From Dictyostelium discoideum (Eukaryota): a DNA stretch of 64,000 nt. The stretch spans positions 224,001 through 288,000 of the forward strand of contig CM000154.2 in NCBI GenBank assembly GCA_000004695.1, given 5' to 3'. The notes beneath the pieces were generated by a model. It saw nothing but the letters and a program-made list of their open reading frames with translations, had not been told where the DNA came from and searched no databases. Below, in pieces: positions 51,303 to 63,500 of this stretch. Position 1 is the first letter of the stretch. Each line of letters begins with the position of its first letter. Made by a program: the position numbers and the translations under genes.

Positions 51303-54300
51303 ATGGGTAATAATAATGAAGATGGTTTAAATAATAACAATAACAATAACAATAATATTGAAAATAGAAAAGTTAAATTAAATAATACAGGTGATGAAAT
51401 CCCATTTTCGATGGGTAATGCATCATCATCACCATCTGCACCTCCACCATACCAACCTTCAATACAACCACTATATCAACCACCAACACAAAATCAATTC
51501 TTACCACAATATCAACAACAACAACAACAACAGCAACAACATTACCAACCACAATATCAACCAATAAACAATATGAGTTATCAACCAATACAACAACAAC
51601 AGCAACAACAAAGTAATTTCCCACCAACACAATATCAACCAAATAATATGAATTATATGGCATCACCACAACCATTATTACAACCTCAAATTATGACTAT
51701 ACAACCAACAACATTTTCAAATTCTCAAACTACAACTACAACAACTTTATCAAATCAACCACTTCAAACTTTATATATTCCAATTGATTCAGAATTTTAT
51801 CCATCTTATACACCACAATTGTAAGTTTTTTATTATTTTTTTTTTAATTTTTTTTTTTTTAATTCTTTTTTTTTTATTTTTTTTTATTCCAAAATTATTT
51901 ATTAATTAATTAATTTTAAAATAGTTTATATAAAAAAGATGATGAAAGAACTTATGGTATTGGTACATCATTAAAAGATTCATCATTTAATGAAATGATA
52001 AATAATAAAATTACAAATATATTTATAAAAACAAGAATGATACCACAAGTTAATGATGATTTATTGAATACAATTGTTAATTGTAAAAATTTAGAACATT
52101 TAAATTTATCAGGATGTGTTCAATTTAGTTCAACATTATTCTCTAAACAAATTTCAAGATTGAATCAATTGAAATCATTGAATTTAAATGGTTGTCAACA
52201 AATTACCAATGATAATCTTTGCAAGATATCAAATTCGTGTAAACATTTAGAAGAGATTCATTTGAATGGTTGTAATAGAGTCGATGATCAGGGTATAGTA
52301 GATTTGGTTAGTAAATGTAAAAAGATTAAAATCCTATCAATGAGTGGTTTAAATCTTTTAACCGATAGATCAATGACAATGATTTGTCAAAAATTACAAG
52401 ATCTTCAATCACTTTGTATCAACCATATTCAATGGTTCACTGAGAAGTCTCTAATGTTGATTGGTAAAAAGTTTAAGAATTCCCTACGTTGTTTCTACGC
52501 TTATAATACATTGATCACTGATAGCGTACTCTCGGATATAGCAATCAATTGTTCATCACAATTATCGGTGATTAATGTCTCCAAATGTAAAAATATTACA
52601 AACACTTCAATAGCCACCATTGCGATCAATTGTGGTAAAATGCTAACTAAATTGTTTTTACAAAATATTGAATGTCTTTCAATTCATAGTATTTCATTGT
52701 TGGGTAAATACTGCACACAACTTACAACACTACGTTTGGATGGTTGCTTAAATCTAATGGATGATTCAATTCAATCATTACAACCATTGGAAAGGCTAAA
52801 GATTTTAAACCTTTCAAATCTACCAAAGATTAATGAAATCTCATTGATAAGAATTTTACCATCATTAAAAGACTTGGAGGAATTATATCTCTATGAGAAT
52901 CCACGTTTCTCTGATTTAACCATTAAACAATTATCAATTAGCAATCCAAGAATCACTTCATTACGTGTTGATAAAACAGTGTTCGTATCAGATGCTTCAA
53001 TTATACCATTTACCAATAGTGTCAGCTATTTAAGAGTTTTGAATCTATCTGGTTTACAATCGATTCATGACTCTAGTATTATGGCATTGGCTACCTCTCA
53101 AAAATTCATTCAAAAACTTTATCTATCAGGTTGTAAATCCATTGGCAATGATTCATTGTTTGCAATTACTGGTCATATGTCATCCTCTTTGGAAGTATTG
53201 AAAATTGATGATTCTCATCAATTCACAGAGGAGGCTCTATCATCAATTAGTCTATTAAAAGGTTTAAAAATTTTATCAATTTCTCATTGTGTCCATACAA
53301 CTAATAATACCATTGATTTGATTGGCTATAATTGTAGAGAGTTGGAACAATTGTACATGTGTAAATTACCAATGGTCAATGATGCAGTACTACCAGCATT
53401 ATTATCAAATCTTTGTAAATTAAAAATCCTTAGAATCGATGGTTGTGTAAATATGACCGATCGTTCATTGACTGGCATTCGTTTCCTCAATCGTTTATGT
53501 TTGGAAGTTTTCAATTGTTCCGATAGTAGAATTGGTTGTGGTGGTTTGTTAACAATTCTTCAACAATCTTCAATTCGTGAACTTTATGCATGGAATTGTG
53601 ATTATATTACTGATGATATCTTAAAAACCATTGCAAACGATGCTTCATCCATTCAAATCCTACGTTTGGATGGTTGTAAAAATATTAGTGACAAAGGTGT
53701 ACGTACATTAATTCAAAGATGTCCACTTTTACGTATTCTAAACATTTCCAATACAAAGAGTTCCGATGAAACCTTGCAAACCGTCGCTGGCTATTGCAAA
53801 CGTTTAAAGAAACTCTATGCAAATAATTGTACTAAAATCACCTCGTCCGGTATTTCAGCGATCGCCTATCAATGTAATGAATTGACCATTTTGAATGCTT
53901 CACGTTGTGCAAATATTACCGATAATGCAATCATTGATATCTCTTTGAAATGTAAACTTTTGAAACGTTTAATACTAAACTATTGTCCAAAGATTACCAG
54001 TCAAGCAATCATCAGAGTATCAGTCGGTTGTCAAATGTTAAAAGAGATCTCTTTGAAAGGTTGTACCAATTTGGATGAAATGGGTGTTCTCTCACTTTCT
54101 ACCTATTGCAAACGTTTACAATATATCGATTTCACTGATTGTCACTTGGTAACCGATCTATCGATACTTGGTATTGGTAGAGAATGTTTACTTTTGAAAT
54201 CAGTCATTCTCACTGGTACCGCTGCTCAAGATAATGGTGTCATTGAAATTTGTGTACGTTCAAATGTAAATATTTTAACTTTAGATCTGGAAAGAACTAG

Positions 54301-54445
54301 AATTTCTGATCGTGCTGTTCAAATCATTGCTCAAATGTGTCCTGCTATTAAAAATTTAAATCTTTTAAATACCCAAATTACTCCTCAATCAATTGATTCT
54401 GTAAAACATACTTGTTTCCTTTTAACAAATTTACAATCTAAATAA
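51303..54445 (+). CDS. Cysteine-containing leucine-rich-repeat (FBXL-type LRR_cc) protein with Q/P-rich N-terminus; exons 51303..51820 and 51925..54445
   Basis: Track ORFs 51303..51824 and 51995..54445 are joined by a GTAAGT donor at 51821 and acceptor ttttaaaatag at 51923/51924, in phase (..PQ-F-LYKKDDERTYGIGTSLKDSSFNEMINNK..). Exon 2 has about 25 repeats of the ...C..L..L.L.GC..ITD.... pattern of FBXL2/GRR1-type LRRs. Confidence 0.7.
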
Positions 54446-54468
54446 AATTAAATTATTATTTTTTGAAT

Positions 54469-54512
<44 letters not shown>

Positions 54513-54563
54513 AATATTTTGAGGTAATATCTTTCGCAACAAAAAATAAACATATTACCTGTC

Positions 54564-54577
54564 CTGGGATTCGAACA
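54564..54577 (-). promoter_or_regulatory. ex-B box (GTTCGAATCCCAGG on minus strand) about 34 nt downstream of tRNA-Ile
   Basis: B-box-like motif immediately 3' of the tRNA. Confidence 0.55.
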
Positions 54578-54610
54578 TGCGATCATTAATATTTTTCTTT
54601 TAAAAAGACT

Positions 54611-54684
54611 TGCTCGATGCAGGGATCGAACCTGCGACCGTGGCGTTATTAGCACCACGCTCTGCCGACTGAGCTAATCGAGCC
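54611..54684 (-). tRNA. tRNA-Ile (anticodon AAU), 74 nt
   Basis: Minus strand GGCTCGATTAGCTCAGTCGGCAGAGCGTGGTGCTAATAACGCCACGGTCGCAGGTTCGATCCCTGCATCGAGCA. Acceptor GGCTCGA/TCGAGCC. Anticodon stem TGGTG/CGCCA with loop CTAATAA. T-arm GCAGG/TTCGATC/CCTGC. Near-identical in anticodon and T arms to metazoan tRNA-Ile-AAT. Confidence 0.85.
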
Positions 54685-54699
54685 TTTTATATTTTTTGA

Positions 54700-55389
54700 T
54701 TAAAATTGGAAGATCAAGTTTTAAAAAAATATACAAATTCATACCAACTCCTGGCCAAAAAGAAATAATGACCAAAATTAATAGCAAACACCTTCCATTT
54801 AAAGAAATCAAAAAAATAATAAACATGAAAGGTAGAGATCTATTATGGAGATACACACTGAAAGCACTACCAAAAATATACAACATGCCATGCCAACAGT
54901 GTGGGGAAGATGAGACTTCAGAACATATATTCTTCAACTGCAAAGCCCACATCAAAAACACACAAGAAATCTTCAACTACACCCTAACTAAGTGTGGACA
55001 CACCACTCACACCTGGAATGTGAAGATTTTAAACCATCTACAAATTGCACTAGTAGCCAATTTAATAGCTATTATATTCGAAAAAATCTGGCACAAAAGA
55101 AATAAACTCATTCACGATGAAAAAGAAATAATAATTCACAGACAACAAGTAATACGTGAACTAATTAAAACACAAATAGCTGCATGGGACAGGACACAAG
55201 CGGTTATAAACAAAACATTAAGAATCAAATCAAAGCAACGGCCAGAAGAACAAAATAAATTAGACTCACTAATCTCGCTAAAGCTATTACAATTTAGCAG
55301 ACAATGGAACTCACCTCTTCACGCAATAGAACTTCCTAAACATCTCAAAAAATACAATAATTCACTCAGTACTTTCTATAAATAAATAA

Positions 55390-55430
<41 letters not shown>
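54700..55430 (+). mobile_element. TRE5-A-like 5'-truncated copy: ORF2 C-terminus (Cys-His knuckle CQQCGEDETSEHIFFNCKAH) plus 3' tail ...TTTCTATAAATAAATAAAT(A)40, inserted at the tRNA-Ile 5' end
   Basis: Track ORF 54696..55385. The last about 65 nt before the A-tail are identical to 46832..46898. Confidence 0.6.
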
Positions 55431-55435
<5 letters not shown>

Positions 55436-55729
55436 GGAACCCAAGTTAATCAAAAAATTTCCAGATTTTTAACTTTTTAAAGAAAATTAAAAAAATTAGA
55501 AGGAAATTAAATTGAAATTCACAACCACCCCCACAAATATTAAGCACCACAAATGCCTACAAAAAATAAGCGAAATTGGGGATAAAACTCAATTAAAAAA
55601 AAAACAATTCAAATACGTCATAAACATCAATTCCGGACCCAGACGATAAAAAAAAAAAAAATTTTAAAAAAAGTTGGGACAAAAAAAATGTTTTTATCAA
55701 AAGGAAAAAACCCATTTAAAATTTGGCCC

Positions 55730-55784
<55 letters not shown>

Positions 55785-56010
55785 TTAACCAACCCCTCTT
55801 TTAGAGACCCTGTAAAAAAAAAAAAAAAAAACTCATTTAAGATTTTAATTTCAAAAAAAAAAAAATAAAAAATAAAAAAATGAAGATCAAGGCAATGAAA
55901 AAGCGACAAAAAAAAAAAACGATAAAAAAAAAAACTACAAAAACATTTAGCATCTATAAGTCATTTAAAAAAAAAAAAAAAAAAAACTCATTTAAGATTT
56001 TATTAAAATT
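55431..56010 (+). mobile_element. Degenerate tandem TRE5-like 5'UTR/ORF1-start fragments (diverged copy of 45188..45430) plus two AGACCCTGTAAAA(A)n / ACTCATTTAAGATTTTA tail motifs (55807..55845, 55975..56010)
   Basis: Alignable but mutated copy (..cacaaccacccccacaaatattaagcaccacaaatgcctacaaaaaataagcgaaattgggg..) of the ORF1 start region. The ORF is not preserved. Confidence 0.5.
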
Positions 56011-56784
56011 TAATATCTGTTTCTTCCAACTCTGTGAAATTTTTTTTATCTTTAAATATTTTTCTATAATTAAAATATTTTTTCTGGAAAATTTTGGATT
56101 TTGAGCATCCTCCTTATTTTCACCATTAATATCATTGCCACTACTATTACTACTACTATTACTACTACTAATACTACCATTATTAATACACACGCTAACA
56201 CCATCTAAAGGTGTTGGATTATAAAATCCACTCCAATGAACATTGTTTTGAACAACTGATAATTCCAGATTATTATTATTATATTGGTCACAATAGATGT
56301 CTGATGGATAACATTCGACCATATAGTCAGAATCTGCAACAATGTCACATTCTATTTGATTTACTTTAATAGTTAGATCATTTCGAAAAATTTCACTACC
56401 AAACCAACCATTTAGTATAAATAGATTACCAAGAGCACCTCATTTAATTTCTTGTGAGGTAACCATAGTATTAGGTATCTTACAATTTGAAGCAGTCCAT
56501 TGAATAGTACAATTACATTGACCAAATAAATAATCACAAATTCCACCATTACTACAACCTAATCCTTCATTACATAGTCTACCACTACAATCATCGAATA
56601 TTCTATTTTCATTACATTCGCATTTACCATTAATATTATTACAAATACCACCATCATTATTACTACAATCTGATGAGCATTTCAATGGTTTTTGTTCACA
56701 TTGATAACCTCTCCTTTCATTTGAAAAACAACCACAAACTCCACTCTCTTTATTATATACACCTCCATTTTTTATATTACACAC
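55954..56784 (-). pseudogene. EGF-like / Cys-rich repeat gene remnant with a single in-frame TGA (plus 56440..56442). Its 3' end runs into TRE5 tail debris
   Basis: Track ORFs 56440..56784 (CxxxxGxC...C.C repeats: CEQKPLKCSSDCSNNDGGICNNINGKCECNENRIFDDCSGRLCNEGLGCSNGGICDYLFGQCNC) and 55954..56322 are in the same frame, separated only by TGA. The last about 40 codons are antisense of the retroelement tail at 55975..56010. Confidence 0.4.
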
Positions 56785-57111
56785 TGGAACTGGACAATTA
56801 AAATTTCATTCAATTTGAAATTAAAACTATTTGAATGGGATAGAACATTTAAGAAGAATGGAAATAAAAAATTCTCAAATAGATCTTACGTGGAAGATAA
56901 TGAATAAGTTGGAAAAGTTTATCCACGAATTCACAACTGATGAAAACTTATGTACTGAACATTTAACCCTTTATTGCTCTTTCAATACTAATTGTTTAAA
57001 TTCAAACAATACATATATATATAATACTTAAATAAAAATAAATGTAAATAGGACACATCTTAGCTTGGGATGAGTCATTAAAAAAAAAAAAAACTTTTAA
57101 AATACAAAAAT

Positions 57112-57285
57112 CTCAAAGAGAAGCAACTAATAATTGCGTTATCCAATTCAAAAAAAAAAAAAAAAAAAAGCATTTTAAAATACAAATTGAGATCCAATTC
57201 AAATAAAAAGGTTTTAAAATACTAAATGGATCAAGAGAAACAGATCAGCTGAGTTATCCAATTCGAAAAAAAAAGTTAAAAAATA
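57112..57285 (+). mobile_element. Two more TRE5-type 3'-terminal tail copies (57112..57169 CTCAAAGAGAAGCAACTAATAATTGCGTTATCCAATTC(A)20; 57241..57275 diverged). A third lies inverted at 57961..58010
   Basis: The same motif as at 47221..47267. Confidence 0.5.
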
Positions 57286-58087
57286 CTTTTTTTTTAATGA
57301 TTTTGTTAGGGCAATGTTTAATTCCAACAGGTAAAGTTAAAGCAGAAGCATTAAGAAGGTAAATCTAAAGGATCAAAAAATTTTTTTTTGGTATTTTTGG
57401 TGACAAAAGATTTAAACCATTGTGATAATATTGGTTGTGCATTTAGTTTTGGAATGATTGTTAAGATCGCAGCCATGAATCAAATTATCACCAAAATTCA
57501 CCTAACTATAGAACGTATTGATAACTTAAATGAAAATAATGGAGGTCTTTTAAAATGTATTTAGAGTTGAAACCATTGGTGAGAGGTCCTCTTGAAAATA
57601 TGACAACCACTCATGCAACATAAAGTTCCAAATGTTAAATAAGAAAAATCCGGTCATATTTAAATACAATCAAGTTATGGCTGTCCGCAATGCAAAAAAA
57701 TCAAAATATTGGAAAATAGTTTCCACTACCGGCGAAATAAGAGTTTGAGACTTACTTCGAGGTTTCATTCACCTTCTCAAGCCCGGTTGTGATGCTAAAA
57801 ATGCTTCTTTGTCCAACGCTGGTCATTTTGGATTAAAATTTTATTATGTACTTCAAAGGAAACACCGGAAAAAAGTATATTCTAATTGTAGATAAAATTT
57901 AAAAATAAATATGAATTCATTTTAATTAATTTTTTTTTTGAATGGATAAATAAAAATCTTTTTTTTTTTTTGAATTGGATAACGCAATAATTTTTTTTTT
58001 TTTTTTTTTTTTTTGGTTTTTTTTTTTTTTTTTTTTGGTTACGTAAAATGATAAATAAAAATCTAGATTCCGTTATTTTTGAAAAAA

Positions 58088-58350
58088 TGTAATAAAGCTT
58101 GTTAGCTTTATAAATATATAATTAATAATTATATAATTGAATAATACTTTGTTATCTTTATTTAATATTAGTTTATATTTATAATATTCAATATTGTTTA
58201 TAAAATTATTCTTTAGTATTTATATTATTTATAATGAGTTGACAGTATTATTATTATTATTATTATATTATTTAAATGTGTGTCAACTATAATTAGTAAT
58301 GTAATATGCATATTTAATATCTATTAATTTTATAGAGTAACTTTATTACA
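58088..58350 (-). mobile_element. Long terminal repeat (3' LTR relative to the minus-strand element), 263 bp, bounded by inverted termini TGTAATAAAG...CTTTATTACA. A polypurine tract AAAAGGGGGGG (plus 58353..58363) is immediately internal
   Basis: 5'-TG...CA-3' ends with a 10-bp terminal inverted repeat. The PPT abuts the LTR edge exactly as in Ty3/gypsy and retroviral elements. Confidence 0.6.
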
Positions 58351-58947
58351 TATCCCCCCCTTTTAGTTGAAAAAAATTTTTCAATCTTTTAATATAAAAC
58401 ACATCATGATTTTTAATATTATCCAATACTAATTTGAATTTTAAATCGCTAACTCTCTCGTGTACTTTGAAAAGACCTTCCCAAGATTTATTGAGCTTTA
58501 CTGGACCAACAGTGGATTGTAAATAGACATAATCTCCTACTTGAATATTTGAACGAGAAACTTTTTTATTAATTTGTGATAATTGGTCTTTACCAAGATT
58601 ATCCTTAATGAGACAAGGACGTTTGAGGTTATTATTTACAATTTGGGCGAAATTATGAGCAAAATCTAATCTTGATAAATTTGTACATGGATTTCTTATT
58701 AATGGTTGAATTGAGGTTATTTGTGATTTAATTATTGAATTCTCTGTTTGATTTAATGATATTGATTTTAATGGTAAATTCGATGTTATTGGTGAATCTA
58801 TTGGTTCTTGGAATAAGAATTCTGGAATATCGTAATCTATTGGTAGTTGTTCTTCAATAGTTGGATACGATTTGATTGATAGTATATGATGAGAATTAAA
58901 ATTTTCAATTAAATGATCAGTATCTGTTAATAATTCTGATTTTGATG

Positions 58948-58978
<31 letters not shown>

Positions 58979-60010
58979 TGAATAATCAGATACTGTTTTA
59001 AATATAGTTTGTATACATGGTTGGGTTTCTTTAGATATTAATTTGGTACCAACATTGAATTCAAGATTCTTAATGATCATTTCTTTAAAATCAATGACTA
59101 AATTTAATCCAATTATTGTATCAATGCCAAATATACAATCAATTGATGTATCATTATCTTTAACAACATTAACTTTAACTCTAGCGAATGCTTTACCTAA
59201 TTTAATTGTTGTGTTACTTATTCCAATGATTTTGATTTGATTATTTGATGCTGATTTAACAGAATATTGTTCATTTTCAATCTTTAATTTTAACTTTTTA
59301 GCAATACTTTCCCAAACAATAGTAAGTGATGAACCAGTATCAATCAAACCTCTAACATTTTTATTATTTATTAATAAAGCTGCATTCATACTATCTATTC
59401 CAATTGAATTAATTGTACTATTATTGACCATTGTAATTGAATTAGTTCTATTATTGTAATTGTTATTATTATTTTTATCTTTTGACCAACACTCTTGAAT
59501 TACATGACCTTTCTTTTTGCAATATTTACAAAATTTTGTGATTGAATTTACTTGATTTTGTGGTGCTTTATAAGGGGATGATTGTGGTGACATTTGTGGT
59601 GATCGATTATAATATTGATTTTTAAAAATTGGTGTTGAAATTTCTTCAGATTCAATTGATTGTTGTTCGTTTTGAGATGTAACATATTGAGGGGATGTTG
59701 CAGAATAACCAGAACCCGAACCTAGATATCTTTGATTACCAAATTCTTGCAACGTCTTTGCAACTAATTGACCAGTGTACATTGATCTACCTTTGATACG
59801 AATTGAACCATCTTCACAAGACTTTGCAATATCTATTGCTCTTTTTAATGATTTTGGTGCACATTTTGTAATTTTAATACCCAATTCAGTACCAACAGCT
59901 GAATAAAACAATTGTATTTTAAACTTTTCTGAAATATCAACTGCTGAACATTTTGATAGAAATTTACCAATTAATATATCTAATGTATTGTATTTATATT
60001 CTCCCAACTT
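58346..60010 (-). mobile_element. Internal region of an internally deleted Ty3/gypsy-type LTR retrotransposon (DGLT-A-like, tRNA-associated): Gag (retrotransposon-gag fold, CCHC knuckle CKYCKKKGHVIQECW), aspartic protease (LIDTGSSLTIV), then directly an integrase C-terminal segment (GDYVYLQ...WEGLFKV...HDVFYIKRLK). RT/RNaseH/IN core absent
   Basis: Track ORF 58346..60238. No YxDD/RT motifs occur anywhere in 630 aa. The N-terminal 42 codons (60112..60238) are antisense of tRNA-Gly and beyond the gap, so they are spurious. The ORF terminates inside the PPT/LTR start. Confidence 0.6.
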
Positions 60011-60111
60011 GNNNNNNNNNNNNNNNNNNNNNNNNNNNNNNNNNNNNNNNNNNNNNNNNNNNNNNNNNNNNNNNNNNNNNNNNNNNNNNNNNNNNNNNNN
60101 NNNNNNNNNNN
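60011..60111. other. Assembly gap (101 N)
   Basis: Run of n. Presumably hides the 5' LTR and the target junction with tRNA-Gly. Confidence 0.95.
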
Positions 60112-60120
60112 ATATAAAAA

Positions 60121-60191
60121 GCGTATGTGGTCTAGTGGTATGATGCATCCCTGCCACGGATGCGAACTGGGTTCGATTCCCAGCATACGCA
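60121..60191 (+). tRNA. tRNA-Gly (anticodon GCC), 71 nt; ex-B box GAACGTAGGTTCAATTCCC at 60225..60243
   Basis: GCGTATGTGGTCTAGTGGTATGATGCATCCCTGCCACGGATGCGAACTGGGTTCGATTCCCAGCATACGCA. Acceptor GCGTATG/CATACGC. Anticodon stem CATCC/GGATG with loop CTGCCAC. T-arm CTGGG/TTCGATT/CCCAG. The same layout as metazoan tRNA-Gly-GCC. Confidence 0.85.
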
Positions 60192-60598
60192 TAATTTTCC
60201 ATTTGTTCAATTTGTTCGATTATAGAACGTAGGTTCAATTCCCTAAAAAATCATGAGTCTGTATTTATATACAGAGTTGCACATCTCTAGAAAAACAATT
60301 TTATTTTTAATAATATAAAAAAACCTCTCAAACAAAGTCAAACCAGTAAAAAAAAAACCAAAAACAATCAAACAACCCAAACACTATTCAAAAATCAATT
60401 AAAAAAACAAATAATCAACAAACCATAATAAATGGAAACAATGTGGGTAGTTCAAACATTCCACTACAAAAATCCAGCCAAATTCCAATTTAAAAAAAAA
60501 AAATTTAAGAAAAAAGATACAATCGAGTTTTTTTTTTTTTTTTTTTAGTAATAAATTAAATAATTTTATTTTATTTTTATTTTATTTTTTTTTATTTT

Positions 60599-63500
60599 TT
60601 ATCTTTTCATATGATTAATAAATCTTAAAGCTAAATAACCAAGAAAAGTGTAAGCGCAGAAATAACCACCAAGGATTATTAAATTATAAAATTGACGATC
60701 GTAAGCGTCGTTCATACCATATTGCAAAAGCATAGTATCACCACTTTGAATGGCACAATATTTTTTAGTGAAATTTGTTCCGGCAATAGGAATTATACTA
60801 TATTGATCTTCTTCACAAAAAAAAGGTTCACCTTTAAGTTCAGTGATACTTAGAGTTTCCAAGCCATATTTAGAAAAGACCAAATAATGCATCCAAATCC
60901 AACCTCTTGGAATATTGTTTACTGGAATGAAGAAACCACCGAAAAGACCCAAGAAATTCAAGCCAACACCAGAGACCAAAATCGCAATTGGAATGGTAGG
61001 TAGAGTGAGTGCGAATAAAGTTGCCAAACTATCGTAACACATGATAACCAAAAGATAAACACTGAGAGAGAAGAAAAACTTCCAACCATGATCGCCCAAT
61101 GTTAATCCAGTTAAAAAGAACATTGGTATCCAATAGGAGAAAGCAGTTAAAACCATCATTGGTAAATCAGTGATAACACTTGCCAAAATATAAAGATGGG
61201 CTGGATAAGTACCAGCTGATGATTCTCTGTAATAGACTGAACGATCTTCGACGATGGTTGGTACTTTACCAATGGAAGCCATACCACCAAAGAGGAAACC
61301 CAAGAAAACCAAAGCGATTCTATTACGTGCACCAGTTTGATCATTATCCAATCTAAGAAAGAGAGTACCAATTACAATTGCAGGAATGAATGAACGTAAG
61401 AATCTAAGTAGAATAGTTTGTGGACGACGAACATGATTTAACCAACCTCTTTTAACCAAACTATGAAGTTGAGCTGTTGCAGGAGCAGAGTATTTACCTT
61501 TATATTTTGGAACGTCAACACCCTCTGGTACGATAGTTTTTGATTCCAATCTTTGAATTGAATTTGAATAATGAATGGATGATTTAAAGTAATCACTTGC
61601 ACTTTGACCTGTTGATGGTGGATGTTCAGCGATTTCCAAAATGAAATCAGCTGGATTTCTACCATGTTCATATTGATAACCTGCACTTGTGAAATGTTGA
61701 ATAACGGTTGAACTATTGTCACCAGTATCACCAAAATAAATTACTTTACCCTTGTCCAAGAGTAAAAGTTGATCGAATTTCTCAAAGATTTCTTGTGATG
61801 GTTGATGAATTGTACAAACTACAGTTCTACCAGATTCTGCAATCTTTTTAACACAATTCATAACTTTTAAAGCGGCTGAAGAATCTAAACCAGAGGTAGG
61901 TTCATCAAGGAAAATCAAATGAGGATCTGAAGCCAACTCAATACCAATACTAACTTTTTTACGATTTGCCAATGAAATACCCAATGTTGGATTTGGACCA
62001 ATGGTTGTATTTTGCATTTTAGTTAGAGAGAGAACTGATAAAATCTCATCGATTAATTTAACTCTATCCTTTTGAAGATAAGATGATGGTAAACGACAAT
62101 TTGCACTAAATTCAATTGCTTCACGAACTGTTAAATTTGCAGAAAGAATATCTTGTTGTTCAACATAACCAGTGAAACGAGTGATATTCATATCCTTTAC
62201 CAACTGACCATTGATTCTAATGTCACCAGTGATTGTACCAACATTTTTTCTCTTTGCCAATACATCCATTAATGTTGATTTACCAGCACCTGAAGGACCC
62301 ATTAAAGCGCACATACCTGGAACAATGAAACCATTTACATCCTTTAGTAACTCTAAGGTTACTTTTTCCTTTTTACCAGTTTCTTTATTATCTTTAACAG
62401 AGGGTACAACATAATTTAAATTTTGAAAAGTCATATAACAACCATTCCATTTATGTTTAACCTCTTTATCCTTTTTATCTTTTTTCTCTTTCTTTTTCTT
62501 TAATTTAATTTGTCTTGGTGGTTTTTTATTTTCAAATCTAATATATTTAACNCCTAAAAAGAAGATGAAAAAGAATGTACAAACGAAACCTAAAATGATT
62601 ACAATATCAACCCAACGCATATAAGAATTATCAGAGAAACCAAATTGATTTAAAAAATCACTACCAGTACTATATTGACAAATTTGATTACCTTGATAAC
62701 CACCATCGGCATACGATACATTTAATAGAGGATAATTTGATGGTGGAATCTTTTCCATTGGTGAACAATGAAATTCCAAACCATACAATTCATTCGATGA
62801 TACCATATCGATTACATATCTCAATGGTGATAATGCATTTAACCAAATCCACCAACCTGGAATTTGTAAACGACTAATCATATAACCTGACATAATCATA
62901 AATAATACAACTATCGCTGGACAAATTAAACTTGCCAATAATTGAGCCGATGTGAAAGCTGATGTAACTTGAAAAATACCTTGAGCAATTAAATTGGTCA
63001 ATGCCATACCCAATATGAAAACTATGAAATTATCAACACGTGCTTGAAAACCTGCAATCCAATAACAACAACTTGAAAATAATATTGCCTCTATCAATGA
63101 GATTGGAATTTTAGTGATTACCAATGATAAAAAGTATGGGAAATTTCTATAATACTTTGAGTCCTTTTGGTCATCGAAAATGCCTCTTAATGTGAAAAAC
63201 TCTTCAACACTACCAATCGTTGTCCAAATATGTAATACCATTGCAAAGTAAACTAATCCAAATCTATTTCTAGCATCAGCTTGTGTGAACCCCATCTTAA
63301 CAAATAATGATCCGATTACACAACCCATAAAAATGGCTTGAAAGAAACGTACTGCATATTGCATTTTCATAATTTTCATAACTTTAATATGACGTGCCAA
63401 TAAATGTTTTAATTCATAACGTACTGATGATTTACCATTATCACCAGTTTCTAATTTCTTTATTAAATGATCTGAAACTTTAATATCACTTGGTATTAAT

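Noticed and set aside
60112-60238. N-terminal 42 codons of the 630-aa LTR-element ORF (MNLRSIIEQ...)
   Set aside because: They lie on the far side of the N-gap and are antisense to tRNA-Gly. The continuity across the gap is an artefact of translating n as X.
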